Below the pieces are notes generated by a model. The model made no database searches. It was given only the letters and a program-made list of their open reading frames with translations, and was not told the origin of the DNA. The position numbers were made by a program, and so were the translations under genes. From a candidate division FCPU426 bacterium (lineage in GTDB: Bacteria > Oederibacteriota > PGYV01 > Palsa-1178): a DNA stretch of 64,000 nt. The stretch spans positions 1,632,001-1,696,000 of the forward strand of contig CAWIXE010000002.1 in assembly GCA_963840035.1 (NCBI GenBank), read 5' to 3'. This document shows, one piece after another, positions 30,610 to 42,021 of this stretch (positions are counted from its first letter, which is position 1; every line of letters starts with the position of its first letter).

Positions 30610-33045
30610 TCAGATTTTATCCATGCAATCCGCGGGATTACCGCGCGCCGTGGCATATATGGTTATCATGTCGTTCATCCACGCAAGGTATTCGTCAAAC
30701 CTTAAGAACGGCAGCCTCGCGGCCTTGACATAAAAACATATGGTCCCGGCGCCGTTATTGGGTATATTTGCAAGGTCCCAGTAAATTATGGAATAACTTC
30801 CGTCCGGCACTATGGTCTGCCCTGCTGTATCCGTCCCGACATAATCGCATACAAGCGGGATTGTGTCCCATATCCTGAAGCTGGCTGTGCTGCCGGTGGT
30901 ATTTTTGTAATTAAGACAGTAAGTAAATGTCTCCCCGAGCATAATTGTATTTTTGGAGATTGTCTTCGTCAGCTGGACCACTATCGGAAGCGGCGTGCTG
31001 GTTAAAGTCGGCGTCAGCGTCGGGGAAACCGTTATTGTCGGGGTGATGGTGGGCGAAGCGCAGATGCCCCCCGCGTTAATCATATCCACCGTGGAAACCG
31101 CGGCAGGCGTCGCCTGCAGTATGCTCGCATTATTGTGCCAGGTACAGCAGTTCTTTGTCGTCTCGTGCAGGCGCATCGGTATATCCAGGCACGCGCCATT
31201 GCCGAATCCGGGAGATTCAAAGTATATCGTGTAAGTCACTGTATTTCCGGAATTATTGTTGACATAATGGTTGATTCCCGCAACTCCCGGGTTTGTCCAG
31301 TTTGGGCCATCATATTGAAAAACGTCGGTCGAAGACGAAAAATCGTCAAGTACATCTATGGTCCCTGACGTCACTACGCCTCCGGTATTACAGATATGGA
31401 GGGTAAATGTAAGCAGGTCTCCGACGGCGATATTTGATGTTTTATTTGCCGTCTTGGATATAGACCATACCGGAGGAAGCGGTGTCGGGGTGCAAAGGTC
31501 AGCCATATTAACGGAGGTAAATACCGTGGGTGAGGCGAAATAACTGAGCGAGGCGTTATTCACCCAACTGCAGCTCCCGATGTTTTTTGTCTGCATATTG
31601 GCGCCCAGTGGTATGTCCACGCAGCCCGTGAATCCCGGCTGTTCAAAAACAATATCGATTGTCGCCTGCCTGGTCCCCCTGTTTATGTTGATATGGTCAA
31701 TCCCGGGGGCGGGGTCGCCGTAATAAGTATTATAAAGCCAGTTCCAGTTGTCGTTGTTGGAGGAAAAATCATCAAATATTTGTGCCGTACCTGACCATGC
31801 GGGGCCGCCTGTATTGCACAGGTGAAGGTTATAGGATATATTGTCACCCTGCACGATCCCGGTTGTCTTGCTCGCTGTCTTTATAAGCGTCAGGTTAGGC
31901 GGCGGCGGGCAGTAATTATTCAGTGTCACCGTCGCCTCTTTTATCGGTTCAGCTAAATATGCGAGGTCAGCCACGTTATGCCATGTGGCGCAGAATGTAG
32001 GCATGCCGTTATTTATGCCGATGAAAAATTGATAATCATAACAGGTGTTGGCCGGGAACCCGTCAGAAAATGTGATATCAACGCCTTTGGCCACAGTTGC
32101 CGCGATGATCTTGCCCATGTTACCGTCCGTGTAAGTCCATGGCCCCTTATATTCCCAGCTGTCTGAAGTATCGCTCCATAGGTCATGTATCACTACCGGC
32201 GTGCCTCCGGTGCCGCCGCCGGTATTGCACACGCGCACGACGAACGTTATTGAGTACGGCGTATTCTGACCTATCGCAGAAACAGGCGTCGCGAATTTCG
32301 TGATGGAGAAAATAGGCGGAGGCATGGTAGGCTGCGGTGTCATATCAAACCCCTGCCTGAAATACAGTACATGGCAGTCAGTTTTCGGGTAAGAGGCCGC
32401 CCAGCTTTGCGCGTGGAGCACGCTGTGCGTGCGCGGGTCCTGAAGCCTTTTTCCCCATTTTTGGGTTGTCATGTCTACCGGATCGACCCATGAAAGCCCT
32501 GAACCGGCCTGGTTATATAATGTCTCGTACCAGTTGTACCCACCGGAAGGAGGAGGCGTAAGTCCGGGCTTGGCGCAAGTCGGATCGTCATACATTTTTA
32601 TGCCGGCATCATCGCTTGATACGTATACATGCGCTCCTGAAGGTGTCGTGCATGTGATATCGAGCGACCAGGACGCCCACACCTCATCCATGGCTGTATT
32701 CTGGTTCTTTACCGCGATATAATTATTCGTATTCGTAAGCGCGTTCATCTGCGCGGCGTCCAGGTCTATGCAAAGCGGCTGGCATCCCGCGTTCCCGGAA
32801 TCGCAATAAGGGAAATTCCCGATCAGGTTGCCGTTAATCCATATGTCCGCGTAATCATCCACAGCGGCGCACATCCTTGCGGAACTCGGCGCGCACGTGG
32901 ATGCTGCGCCCACTGGTGAAACGTTAAACAGGGTTATGAGTGCGAAAAGCAAAAGAACCACGAGGTATTTGTGTTCTTTGCGAGGAGCAGCTTTAAAATA
33001 ATTAAAATAATTTTTTGAAGGTATCATTTTAATCCCCTCTTTCAT
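30610..33045 (-). CDS. Secreted Cys-rich protein with DUF11-like domains; stalk-less paralog of 20726-25557
   Basis: Shared CAAVDD...YIAVKNQNTA.DEVWASWSLDITC...DMTTQKWGKR.QDPRT; repeated KTAxKT..GD...CNTGG. Confidence 0.85.
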   Translation of the reverse strand: MKEGIKMIPSKNYFNYFKAAPRKEHKYLVVLLLFALITLFNVSPVGAASTCAPSSARMCAAVDDYADIWINGNLIGNFPYCDSGNAGCQPLCIDLDAAQMNALTNTNNYIAVKNQNTAMDEVWASWSLDITCTTPSGAHVYVSSDDAGIKMYDDPTCAKPGLTPPPSGGYNWYETLYNQAGSGLSWVDPVDMTTQKWGKRLQDPRTHSVLHAQSWAASYPKTDCHVLYFRQGFDMTPQPTMPPPIFSITKFATPVSAIGQNTPYSITFVVRVCNTGGGTGGTPVVIHDLWSDTSDSWEYKGPWTYTDGNMGKIIAATVAKGVDITFSDGFPANTCYDYQFFIGINNGMPTFCATWHNVADLAYLAEPIKEATVTLNNYCPPPPNLTLIKTASKTTGIVQGDNISYNLHLCNTGGPAWSGTAQIFDDFSSNNDNWNWLYNTYYGDPAPGIDHININRGTRQATIDIVFEQPGFTGCVDIPLGANMQTKNIGSCSWVNNASLSYFASPTVFTSVNMADLCTPTPLPPVWSISKTANKTSNIAVGDLLTFTLHICNTGGVVTSGTIDVLDDFSSSTDVFQYDGPNWTNPGVAGINHYVNNNSGNTVTYTIYFESPGFGNGACLDIPMRLHETTKNCCTWHNNASILQATPAAVSTVDMINAGGICASPTITPTITVSPTLTPTLTSTPLPIVVQLTKTISKNTIMLGETFTYCLNYKNTTGSTASFRIWDTIPLVCDYVGTDTAGQTIVPDGSYSIIYWDLANIPNNGAGTICFYVKAARLPFLRFDEYLAWMNDMITIYATARGNPADCMDKI

Positions 33046-33067
33046 CCCGCTTTTATTTGTTACCTAA

Positions 33068-33096
33068 ATTATAAGTCCATAGTGCCATTTAGTCAA
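33068..33096 (-). promoter_or_regulatory. sigma70 promoter
   Basis: TTGACT-17-TATAAT on the minus strand. Confidence 0.6.
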
Positions 33097-33390
33097 TAAA
33101 AAGCGGCTTTTGAACCAGTTCAAGTTTAATCGGTTAACCCGAGTATTTACTGTGAAAGAGCAATGTTTCTTTTTTATTCATCGGAAAAAACCGGTTCAAC
33201 TTGACGTTTTCTTGCAAATTTCACATTTCCCCTTCTTATTAGTTAGACACGGAATTAATAAAAATGTTGCCATAAATATTTGTAATCCACGTCACAATCC
33301 CAAAAAACGGGGAATATAAAATCAAAATATCGGCAAAACAGGTTTTTTTGTTGCTGTGGATAAGTTGAGTTTTGGAGGTTTTTGAAATAC

Positions 33391-33498
33391 GAATTTTGAA
33401 TTTTCAATTTGATATTTTCAATTTAATTCAAAACATAATTCAGACAACTCATATTTTTTGGTTTTTTAATTGAAAATCGAAAATTTAAAATTGAAAAT
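33391..33498. repeat. AT-rich inverted heptamer repeats
   Basis: AATTTTG AATTTTC AATTTGA TATTTTC ... AATTGAA AATCGAA AATTTAA AATTGAA. Confidence 0.55.
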
Positions 33499-36400
33499 TA
33501 CTTAATAACCGCCGTCGGCGTTACAGCCGCAGGGGTTGGTTTCGCTCCCCAGCTGTCGAAGGATGTGCCTATCTCTATGCCGACCTTGCCTTCTACCGCG
33601 CTGTCCTTGTATAAGTTCTGGTCCCTGAATATCCCCTCTGCCACGAGTTTTGACGCGTTGTTCAGCGTCCACTCGGCGCCAACCTTCTGCTCCACGGAAA
33701 ACTGGCCGAACTGGTTTGTAACGTCTATTAATTTCGGCCTGTATTCAAAATACACGTCTCCGAAACTTTTTCCCAGCCCAAGCTCAAGTTCAGGCGTGTC
33801 TGTAATCCTGCCCGGTTCCGTTTTATTTCCTGAACCGCCCGCGAGCTTTTCCATGTTCTTTACTTTTATATCCAGCACATCCAGCGGCGTCCAGTTCTTT
33901 ATGGTTTCCGCCCCGCCTTTGAACCATGAATTGGCGAAGATGTTTATGTATTTATACGCGTCCTCAAGCTTCATGGTGTTTGTGGGGCCCACGCCGAAGG
34001 TAAGAACGTATAAAAGAATATCCCTGTTGTATGAAGGCTCGGACATCAGGTCAAGCTTTACATCCCCGACCCTGCCGTAGAACCTGGCTATTATGCTTAA
34101 GTCTATATTTTTATTCATACTCATAGTCCCTTTAAGTCCTCCCGCGTCCCCGTATGTGCCGCTCATGTCTATCTTCTTCATTGTAGTCTTAGCCCACACG
34201 TCAAGCAGCGCCCTGCGGTCGCCGTCAAAGTTAACCTTTGACTGCCGTGTGGTATCAAGGTTGAATTCGGTATTCATGTATTTGTAAGTCCCTTTTGCCA
34301 CGCCCACTGTGCCGAATATCTTCATGTCGGTCCCGCGGCCAAGCACCTTTACCGGTCCGTTATCAAACTTCAGGGTCATATCCGCGAAATTATTGAAATA
34401 ATTTTTATAGTAACGAACATTATCCCCGCCTGTTATCTGCGCGTCCCAGTTTATCTTAAGGGCGTAATTATCCTTGATAGAGGATTTTTCTCCCGACTTG
34501 TCAAATACATTTGCCGGATAGACAAACCTCGTGTTCTCAAAATCAATCGTGCCTTTTATGTCCGGAGAGTCAAGCAGCCCGGTCATCTCCAGATTTAAAT
34601 CCGCGTCCCCTGATAAAAATTCCATATACGGGGTGTCTGTAAAACGCGCCCTGTCGCCTATATTAGTTATTCTCCAGTTAACCTCATAAATCTTCATAAG
34701 CCGCATCGTGCCGCCTTTTTTCTCATTCAAGTTCGCGATTTTTATGGTGCCTCTTTCGGTATCGCCCCTCAGGTTATAAATATCAATTATGTTATCCTTC
34801 ACCAGCAGGTTCGCGTATATGTTCTTAAGCTCCTTAAAGAGGTATTTTAATTTTACCTCGCCGTCAGTCACGCTTACCTTGCCGGTTACCGACGGGAACT
34901 CCTTGGTGCCTTTAATAGCCAGGTCCACATCAAGCTTGCCCGAAGCGTCGTCAACAAACTTCAGGAACTTTATGATGGAAAGATCGCCTTCCTTAATCTT
35001 AGCTTTAATATCAAGTTCCTCGCCCTTCATCCTCTCGGCGTCCTCCGGGGTGTCCGGAACAGGCACTTTTCCCGTAACCTTTATTGTATACTTGCCTTCC
35101 TTGATGACAGTCATGGGGTCCACGGGCGATAAATCCACATAATTATTCTTTTTAGTAATTAAAAGCGTGGCAATGTCAAATGGCACGCCGTCGCCCGAGC
35201 CGTTAATGAGCGTGGCTGAAATGACAAAATTAATGCCTTTTGTGGGGTTTCCGGTCAGCTTTACAAGGGCGTTACCCGTGCCGGTCCATTTGTGGTCCCA
35301 GTTAAGCATGTCATTGGCAAACTGCGCCTCGGCGTTTTTGACCGACACATTCAGGGCCGAATCCCCGTCTTTACGCAGGTCTATAAATCCGGCTCCGTCT
35401 ATGAGCCTGTTGTCATTTGCGTCGTCCACAGTGCACTCCGCGAATTCTATTTTATCCCTGCCCAGGCGTATGTCCGCGCTTAATTTTGATTTTCCCTGGC
35501 TGGTCTTTAACAGCAGCCTGTCCTTGTTAAAATCTATTTTTATGAGGAACCCGCCGAAGGTGTGTTTTCTGAAACCGAAGTTCTGCGAACCGATGGAACC
35601 GTCTATGTGGACGTCTTTTTCCGTATCAATGGACCCGAAGAAGTTCACGTCTCCGTTAAGCGGGAAGCCCTGCCATACGAAATCCTTCATCTGCGTCTTA
35701 ATGGTGGCGTAGTAGTTATTGTCGCCTTTTATCTCAAATTCAGAACCGTCAAGCTTTAAGAAACTGTTCTTGTATTCAAGCTTTCCGGTAGTCAGCGATA
35801 TCTTCTTATCCTTGAATGCATAATCCGCGGTAATCGTGTCAAAGGGCATGTCAAAGACTTTTCCGGCGGCCAGCGTGACGCTTCCGCTGCTTGCGAGCTT
35901 GTCCGTGGTGCCCCTTATCTCGCCTGAGCCGTTTATACGGCCTTTGTCCTTGAAATTCTTTTCAAATATGGAGAAGAAATTATTTATGTCCAGGTTGACG
36001 GCATTATACTTAAACGACATGTCTGCCAGGTTATAAAACCCTTTTTTCCGCTCAATCCTTACCACTCCGTTGGCGCTTATGCTTCCCTGCGGCTGGGTAA
36101 TGGCGCCTGATACTGCCGCGCTGTTCAGCGGGCCTTTTACCGCGAACTCGCCCTTAAGCAGCGCATCTTTCCCCAGCGGCTGGTCCCGGAGCCCCAGCAG
36201 CATGTACACGCCATAGAGGTCCGCGTCTTTTAAACGAATGCCCGCGCTTATCTCAGGGACATCGCCTTTCGCGTCGACCGACGCCTCCGCGTAGTACTCA
36301 GTGCCCCATTTGAACTTGAATTCCGGTATGTTAAAGCCTTCCGTCCTTAAGTTCGCTTCCAGGTCATCCTGCGGTTTGCCGTTAAAAACAAGATCCGTAA

Positions 36401-38235
36401 ACTTAACCTGGCTGTCGGAAAAACTTCCGTCAGCCGCGAGGTTCAATGCCATTATATATGAAACGTTGCCGCCCGCGGTCAGCTTGTCGTTCACGCTGAA
36501 GTTCTCAAGTTTTCCCGTTATTGACGTTTCTATCTTCTCCTCGTTAACAACTGAAAACCCGCCTCCAAGTTTTAATAAGCCTTCCTTTTGTTTTACCTCA
36601 AAACGGTTTATATTAAAGACATTCCCCTGGCCTGACATTTCCAGTTTCGCGCTTTTATTCGCGCCTTTAGCATACTGCGCTTCCAGCGTCACATTTCCGC
36701 CATAACCGGCCGATTCCTTTTTCACCAGTATTTTCCCGCCTATTAAAGAGCCGTCAAATATTTTGGTTCCCGTTATCTCGCTTATGACATCGCCCTTTAA
36801 ATCCTTAACATCAAAATTAACGTCAAATATCTTTTTCTTAAGGGAGAATTCACCCGCGCCTTTTAAGCTGTCATTGAAATTAATCTCGTTTATTTTGATC
36901 AGGTTGCCGCCATAATGCACCCCTGCGTAAAGCCTGTACGTCGCGCCCCTTATGCTAAGCCCGTCCATATTCAGGTTCACATCCACCACGGGCACAGCCG
37001 TGGTCCCCCTTATGAACACGCCGCCTTTGACTATGCCGTCGACTTCCTTACCCTGAAGGTATCCTATTGAAAGGTCTGAGAGCATTATGTTCGCGAAAAT
37101 GACCGCGAGGTCCACAGAGCCGTCTTTTCCGCTTATTTTACCTGAAGCGGTAACCAGCTCCGACCCGGAATTGCTCAGCCCGGCGTTGTCCAGCTTTAAG
37201 ATGCCGTCCTTTAATGTGGCTTTCAACGCGAGGCTTAAAGCCCTGTATTTTCTGTAAGCCATTGAAGCGCTTCCCGTTATCCGCTCACCCGCAAGCGCTA
37301 CGGCACCGGTGAAATTCTCAACATTATTAAGGCCATATTTAAATACCGGCGACTTGACTGAAACTGCTATCTCCGGTTTTTCCGTGCTCCCCGACACCTT
37401 CAAACCCAGGTCAACTTTTCCCGAAAAATCCTTTGCCCCTGCCAGTTCACCGGCGTCAATACCGTCAACCTTAAATGATAAACCGGCCTTTTTTATCTTC
37501 GGGTCAAGCGAATATTCCCCGCTGCCGGAAAACGCCCCGGAACCTATTTTCCCTTCTACGGCGTTAAGTTTTACAATCCCGCCTGTCAATCCCGCTTTAA
37601 TTGACATGCCCTGTATTGCCATCCCGCGCAGATATCCTGCCGCGCATGAGATTACTGCCTGCGCCTCATATTTTTTCAGGCTTCCTTTGGCTGTCACAAC
37701 AGCCTGCGCAGTCCCTGATGCCGCTCCCGGCAAGGCCGCGGAAAGGTCGACGTCTCCCACCTTCAGCGAAGCGTCAAAAGCCATATCCGTAAAAACTTTT
37801 TTTACTGAACCTTTTATCCTGCCTGAACCGCCATACAGTGAAAAACCGGCGCGTTTGATATTAATCGAGTCATTATTCACCTCAAGCGTGGCATTTATAT
37901 CTTTTACCGGCACATTTCCCTTAATTATGATATCCCCGTTGCTTAAGCCAAAGTATCCGTACACTGAAAGGTCGCCGGGCCTTAAACCGCTCCCCGACAA
38001 CGACGCTGCCGCCGAAAAATTGCCGCTGTTTATGGAATAATCCACCGGTGATAACAAATAAGCGCCCCAGTCATTTAAGGCCGCGTCGCGGATCTCCACG
38101 TTTCCCCTGAATGACTTCCTTGCCAGGTAATAGTCCACATCAAGCTTTAAATTGTTGCGGGGGCTGTCCTTTGTTTTGCCCTGCAGTTCAACCTGCAGCA
38201 TCATGGTCTTTTCCTTTAATGACACCTGGCCCGAG
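33498..38235 (-). CDS. tamB: TamB/AsmA-like translocation and assembly module protein, 5'-truncated at the junction
   Basis: Long beta-taco-like amphipathic repeats and a DUF490-like C-terminus; no N-terminal TM anchor; the first ~25 ORF residues come from the other segment. Confidence 0.7.
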
Positions 38236-38245
38236 AGCGAATCAG
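38232..38245. other. Junction between two genomes/contigs
   Basis: Abrupt GC and codon-usage shift; genes truncated on both sides. Confidence 0.85.
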
Positions 38246-39060
38246 GTCGCCATCCTTGCGGACGGTCCCCTGGGCTGCGCCATCCAGACACTGCTACCGC
38301 CGGCAACCGGCTACACGACGACCGAGCTGTCCATCAATCTCGTCCACCCGGTGCCGAGAAGCGGGCATCTGATCGCTAGGGCTCGGGTGGTCCACGGTGG
38401 GAGACGGATGGCGCTGTCGGAGGTCTCAGTCACCGACGACGATGGGAGGTTGATTGCCCACGGAACCTCGCGATGCGTGATCTTCCCGCCGGTGCCAGAT
38501 GTTCCGCTACCACCTGCGGAGATACCCGTCCTGGAGACCGAAGACGATGGTTGGATACCGCCATACCAGCGACCGGTACAGGGTGTAGTACTGGATCAGG
38601 AGATATGGGCAAGCCGAAGCAGGCGTTGATTGCCGGCGAACTCCCCTGGCCGCCGATCAGTCATCTAATGGGCATGGGACCCACTGAAGCGAGCGAAGGG
38701 AGTTGCGCTTTCACAATGCCGACCAGCCCCTGGTTGGCCTCGCCGAGTGGCTTTGTTCTAGGTGGTGCGACGGCGTGTCTCGCGGACGTGGTGCTCGGAG
38801 CAGCGATTCAGACAACTGTCCCAGCAGGGACGGCATTGGCCCCAACGGATCTGCGGGTTCAGTTCATTCGGCCCGTCCCACCCGACGGGGGACTGATCAC
38901 CGCACGGGCCGAAGTGGTACACCGAGGCCGGGGAATGGCCGTCAGCCGTGCTGAAGTGACGCATGAACAGGGCAAGCTCATCGCTCTCGCTAGCGCTTCG
39001 GCCGTCATACCTCCTGGTCGGCGCTCTGATCTGGGCGATGCCGCACCCACCCTCGGCTAA
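38243..39060 (+). CDS. PaaI-family double hot-dog thioesterase, 5'-truncated, frameshift near 38615
   Basis: ILADGPLGCA..TTELSINLVHP..VVHGGRR and VLGGATACLAD..TDLRVQFIRP..VVHRGR. Confidence 0.8.
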
Positions 39061-39532
39061 CCGACTCCAGCGACGCAACCGCAACCCTTCTGAGTGGGTG
39101 CGCCCCCGATGACCAGGAGCGAGGCGCTTATGACCGTGGCTGGTCGGTACTGTGAGGAAGCAACGGGGCACCGGGCAGAGCGATCGGAGGGAGATGATTC
39201 CTCCCCGCAGTGCAGGCGGTTTCCATAGTCGGATGCATGGTTCCGCTCACAAACCCACAGGAGCAAAACCACCAGTGGCCAGACGGATAACTGGCAACCG
39301 CAACTCGATGATCGTCCACAACGCCTCCTCCCGCCTCCGACCAATAGCCTCTCAGGAGTATCCGGGTATCTCCAGACGCCGGCTCAGGGAGGGTGATCTG
39401 GCAACGAGTGCTTGTTGACCGCGAGCTGCCACACTCCGGCACCTTTGGTGCGCCCCTACGCTCAGAATTGACCCGCTCGGTTGGCAGTTGCGATCGGTCC
39501 GCTCCAACGAAGCGACCCGCCCCTAAAGTCGG

Positions 39533-40759
39533 ATGATGACCTCTGTCGGCGACCCAACCATCACGGTGTACGGGGCCCCCTGGTGTCCCCATTGCAAGCG
39601 AGTGAAGAGGTTCCTCGCCGCCCACCGGGTCCCATACGACTACGTCGACATCGAAGGCCAGCCCGAGGCGATCGAGCGCCTCAAGGAGCTGCAAGATGGT
39701 GGACAAATCATTCCTATGGTCGAGTTTGGGGACGGAACTCACGAAGTGAACCCGAGCGACGAGTCCTTGGCCGCTCGCATCGGCCTGGCAGTCGAGGCCG
39801 ATCGGTCCGCGTACGACCTCGTCATCATCGGGGGCGGACCTGCCGGGTTGGCAGCCGCCATCTACGCCGCCCGGGAAGGAATCGACGCCATCGTCGTCGA
39901 TGCCAGCGCACTCGGCGGCCAAGCCGGGATCAGTGATCGAATTGATAACTACCCGGGATTTCCTGACGGGATTTCGGGCGCAGAGCTGGCCGACCGCTTC
40001 GTCGCCCAGGCGCGTCGCTACGGGGTGGAACTCCTATCGGCGGTGTCGGTGACCGCCCTAGAGCACGACGGTCAAGACCTCGTGACGTCATTGTCGTCTG
40101 GCCAGAAGCTCACCTCGCACGCCGTGATCGTGGCCACGGGGTCGACGTATCGACGACTCGAGGTTCCTGGCGAGGAGGAACTCATCGGTGCCGGCGTCCA
40201 CTTCTGCGCCACCTGCGACGGGCCTTTCTACAAGGGAGCCGACGAAGTGGTCGTCATCGGAGGCGGCAACTCAGCCTTGGAGGAGGGGCTGCACCTGTCC
40301 GAGTTCGCAAATCGGGTACGGGTACTTGCCCGCTCTAGCCTGTCGGCCTCGCCGCTGCTTCAGGAGCGGGTTCTGGCTGATCCCAAGTTCGACATTCATA
40401 CGGGCGTCGATATCATTGAGCTGGAGGGCGAGCAGAGCAGATTCTCCGCTGTCGTGGTCAGAGATCGAGGCAGCGGCGCAATCCAACGGTTCCCTGCTGC
40501 CGCCGCCTTCGTGTTCATCGGACTCCATCCCAACAATGGCTTCCTCGGTGATGCCGTCGAGCGAGACGCCGGAGGGTTTCTCGTAACCAGTCCCACGATG
40601 GAAACCAATTTGGCCGGCGTGTTCGCCGCAGGCGACGTTCGTTCGGGTTCGACCAAGCAACTGGGTTCGGCGGTGGGCGAGGGGATCGCCGCTCTCCTCA
40701 TGACCCGCCGGCACCTCGAAGCCAATAACCACAAGGCTGTGGCACTTGTCGACGCCTAA
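39533..40759 (+). CDS. trxB: Thioredoxin reductase fused to an N-terminal glutaredoxin/mycoredoxin-like domain
   Basis: WCPHC; GGGPAG; CATCD; GGGNSA; FAAGD. Confidence 0.88.
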   Translation: MMTSVGDPTITVYGAPWCPHCKRVKRFLAAHRVPYDYVDIEGQPEAIERLKELQDGGQIIPMVEFGDGTHEVNPSDESLAARIGLAVEADRSAYDLVIIGGGPAGLAAAIYAAREGIDAIVVDASALGGQAGISDRIDNYPGFPDGISGAELADRFVAQARRYGVELLSAVSVTALEHDGQDLVTSLSSGQKLTSHAVIVATGSTYRRLEVPGEEELIGAGVHFCATCDGPFYKGADEVVVIGGGNSALEEGLHLSEFANRVRVLARSSLSASPLLQERVLADPKFDIHTGVDIIELEGEQSRFSAVVVRDRGSGAIQRFPAAAAFVFIGLHPNNGFLGDAVERDAGGFLVTSPTMETNLAGVFAAGDVRSGSTKQLGSAVGEGIAALLMTRRHLEANNHKAVALVDA

Positions 40760-41010
40760 GTGAACCGCCGGATCCACTTCCGGGGCCTTGCCGTGGCGCA
40801 TGGCGACGGGGCGAGGGTTGTTAGCTCGCTCTCGCTCCTCCGACCCCTACACACGTAGGCTTCCCGGCCCAATTCTCCGGGCGGCCGGCCAACCGAACTA
40901 CTAGGGTCGCATCGAGGCGAGATTCGCTTCTTCCGCGGCCAAAGGCTGGCGGAATTCCCGGCGGCGGAAGCGGATGCGAGTCCGGCTTGCCTCGGCGGAC
41001 AGGGGGAAAC

Positions 41011-41661
41011 ATGAAACGTAGATTGACAGCAGTCTCAGCCGTTCTCGTAGTATCCGCTTCGCTCCTCGGCGTCTTCGGCTCTGGCGTGGCAGGCGCCCTG
41101 GCACCGGCTGCGACTGGGTCAGTCGTGTGCAGTGTCAGTGGGAAGGGCACATTCACTCCCGCGTTGACCCTGGCGGGAAGTGCGACGCCTCTCCATATCG
41201 TGTTCGGTGCCACCGCCACCGGCGGGTGCTTCTCTGCCGCTCAGGCCCCGAATTCCGCTGGACTACTGACTCCGGTCACCATCACCGGAGTCAGCATCAC
41301 CGGAATAGGCACCATGGTCCCCCTGAGTACTGGATTACTCGCCAACAAGTGTGCAGTCTTCAAGGGATCGGACACCATCGGCGTCATCAAAGTCCACTAC
41401 AGCTGGATCTCGGTGCCGGCAATCGCACCGACAACCGTCACGTATACGGGCGGAACTGCGCACATCGTCTCCGGAAGTCCGTTGGACAACATCGTCCTTC
41501 CTGCCACGTCGGGCACAACCTGGGCGGGGACAGGGTCGTTCACTCCGTCCGTTCATCCCCTGGTGGGCCTTAGAACCAATGTCTCCAGCACCTGCGCGGC
41601 AGGATGGGGTCCGTATCCAACGTTCCTCATCAATCCCGGTTCGTTGATCGCCCTGCCCTGA
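41011..41661 (+). CDS. Secreted hypothetical protein (Thr/Gly-rich, four Cys)
   Basis: AGGGGG RBS, signal peptide, C..G...F.PAL motif. Confidence 0.7.
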   Translation: MKRRLTAVSAVLVVSASLLGVFGSGVAGALAPAATGSVVCSVSGKGTFTPALTLAGSATPLHIVFGATATGGCFSAAQAPNSAGLLTPVTITGVSITGIGTMVPLSTGLLANKCAVFKGSDTIGVIKVHYSWISVPAIAPTTVTYTGGTAHIVSGSPLDNIVLPATSGTTWAGTGSFTPSVHPLVGLRTNVSSTCAAGWGPYPTFLINPGSLIALP

Positions 41662-42021
41662 ACCATGATGCTCAGGTGAGTTGCTGACGAGCGGATGGGG
41701 TCCCGGTGGGCGACGCCCTCCCGGACCTCGCCGTTCGTCGCATCGAAGCCCGTATTGACCCGTTCAGACGCCGACACCCGAGGTCCGGTGACCTTCCGGG
41801 TACCGTGTTCAGGGTTCTTGCCCTCCCGCCGTCTTGGATCACCGGGCCAAGGGGCGCTCATCTCCTGCAACCGAGTGGCACGATGCGGGAGGCTCGGCGG
41901 TTGGACAACAGCCGAAACGGACATCCAGGTCAATGCCCGAGCGCCCGCTCGAGTCGCGGAGTAGCGTCGCCGCAGGCGGGGGCATCCACACACCTTCATC
42001 GACGCAAGGAGCTAAAGACAG

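Noticed and set aside
20726..33045. Diversity-generating retroelement (TR/VR) among the paralogs
   Set aside because: No reverse transcriptase, and the differences are not adenine-specific
38236..38306. N-terminus of the 1602-aa TamB ORF and of the 38111-38629 ORF
   Set aside because: Both are read-through across the chimeric junction
41662..42021. Riboswitch or ncRNA between the secreted paralogs
   Set aside because: No recognisable aptamer consensus by eye; an Infernal/Rfam scan would be needed
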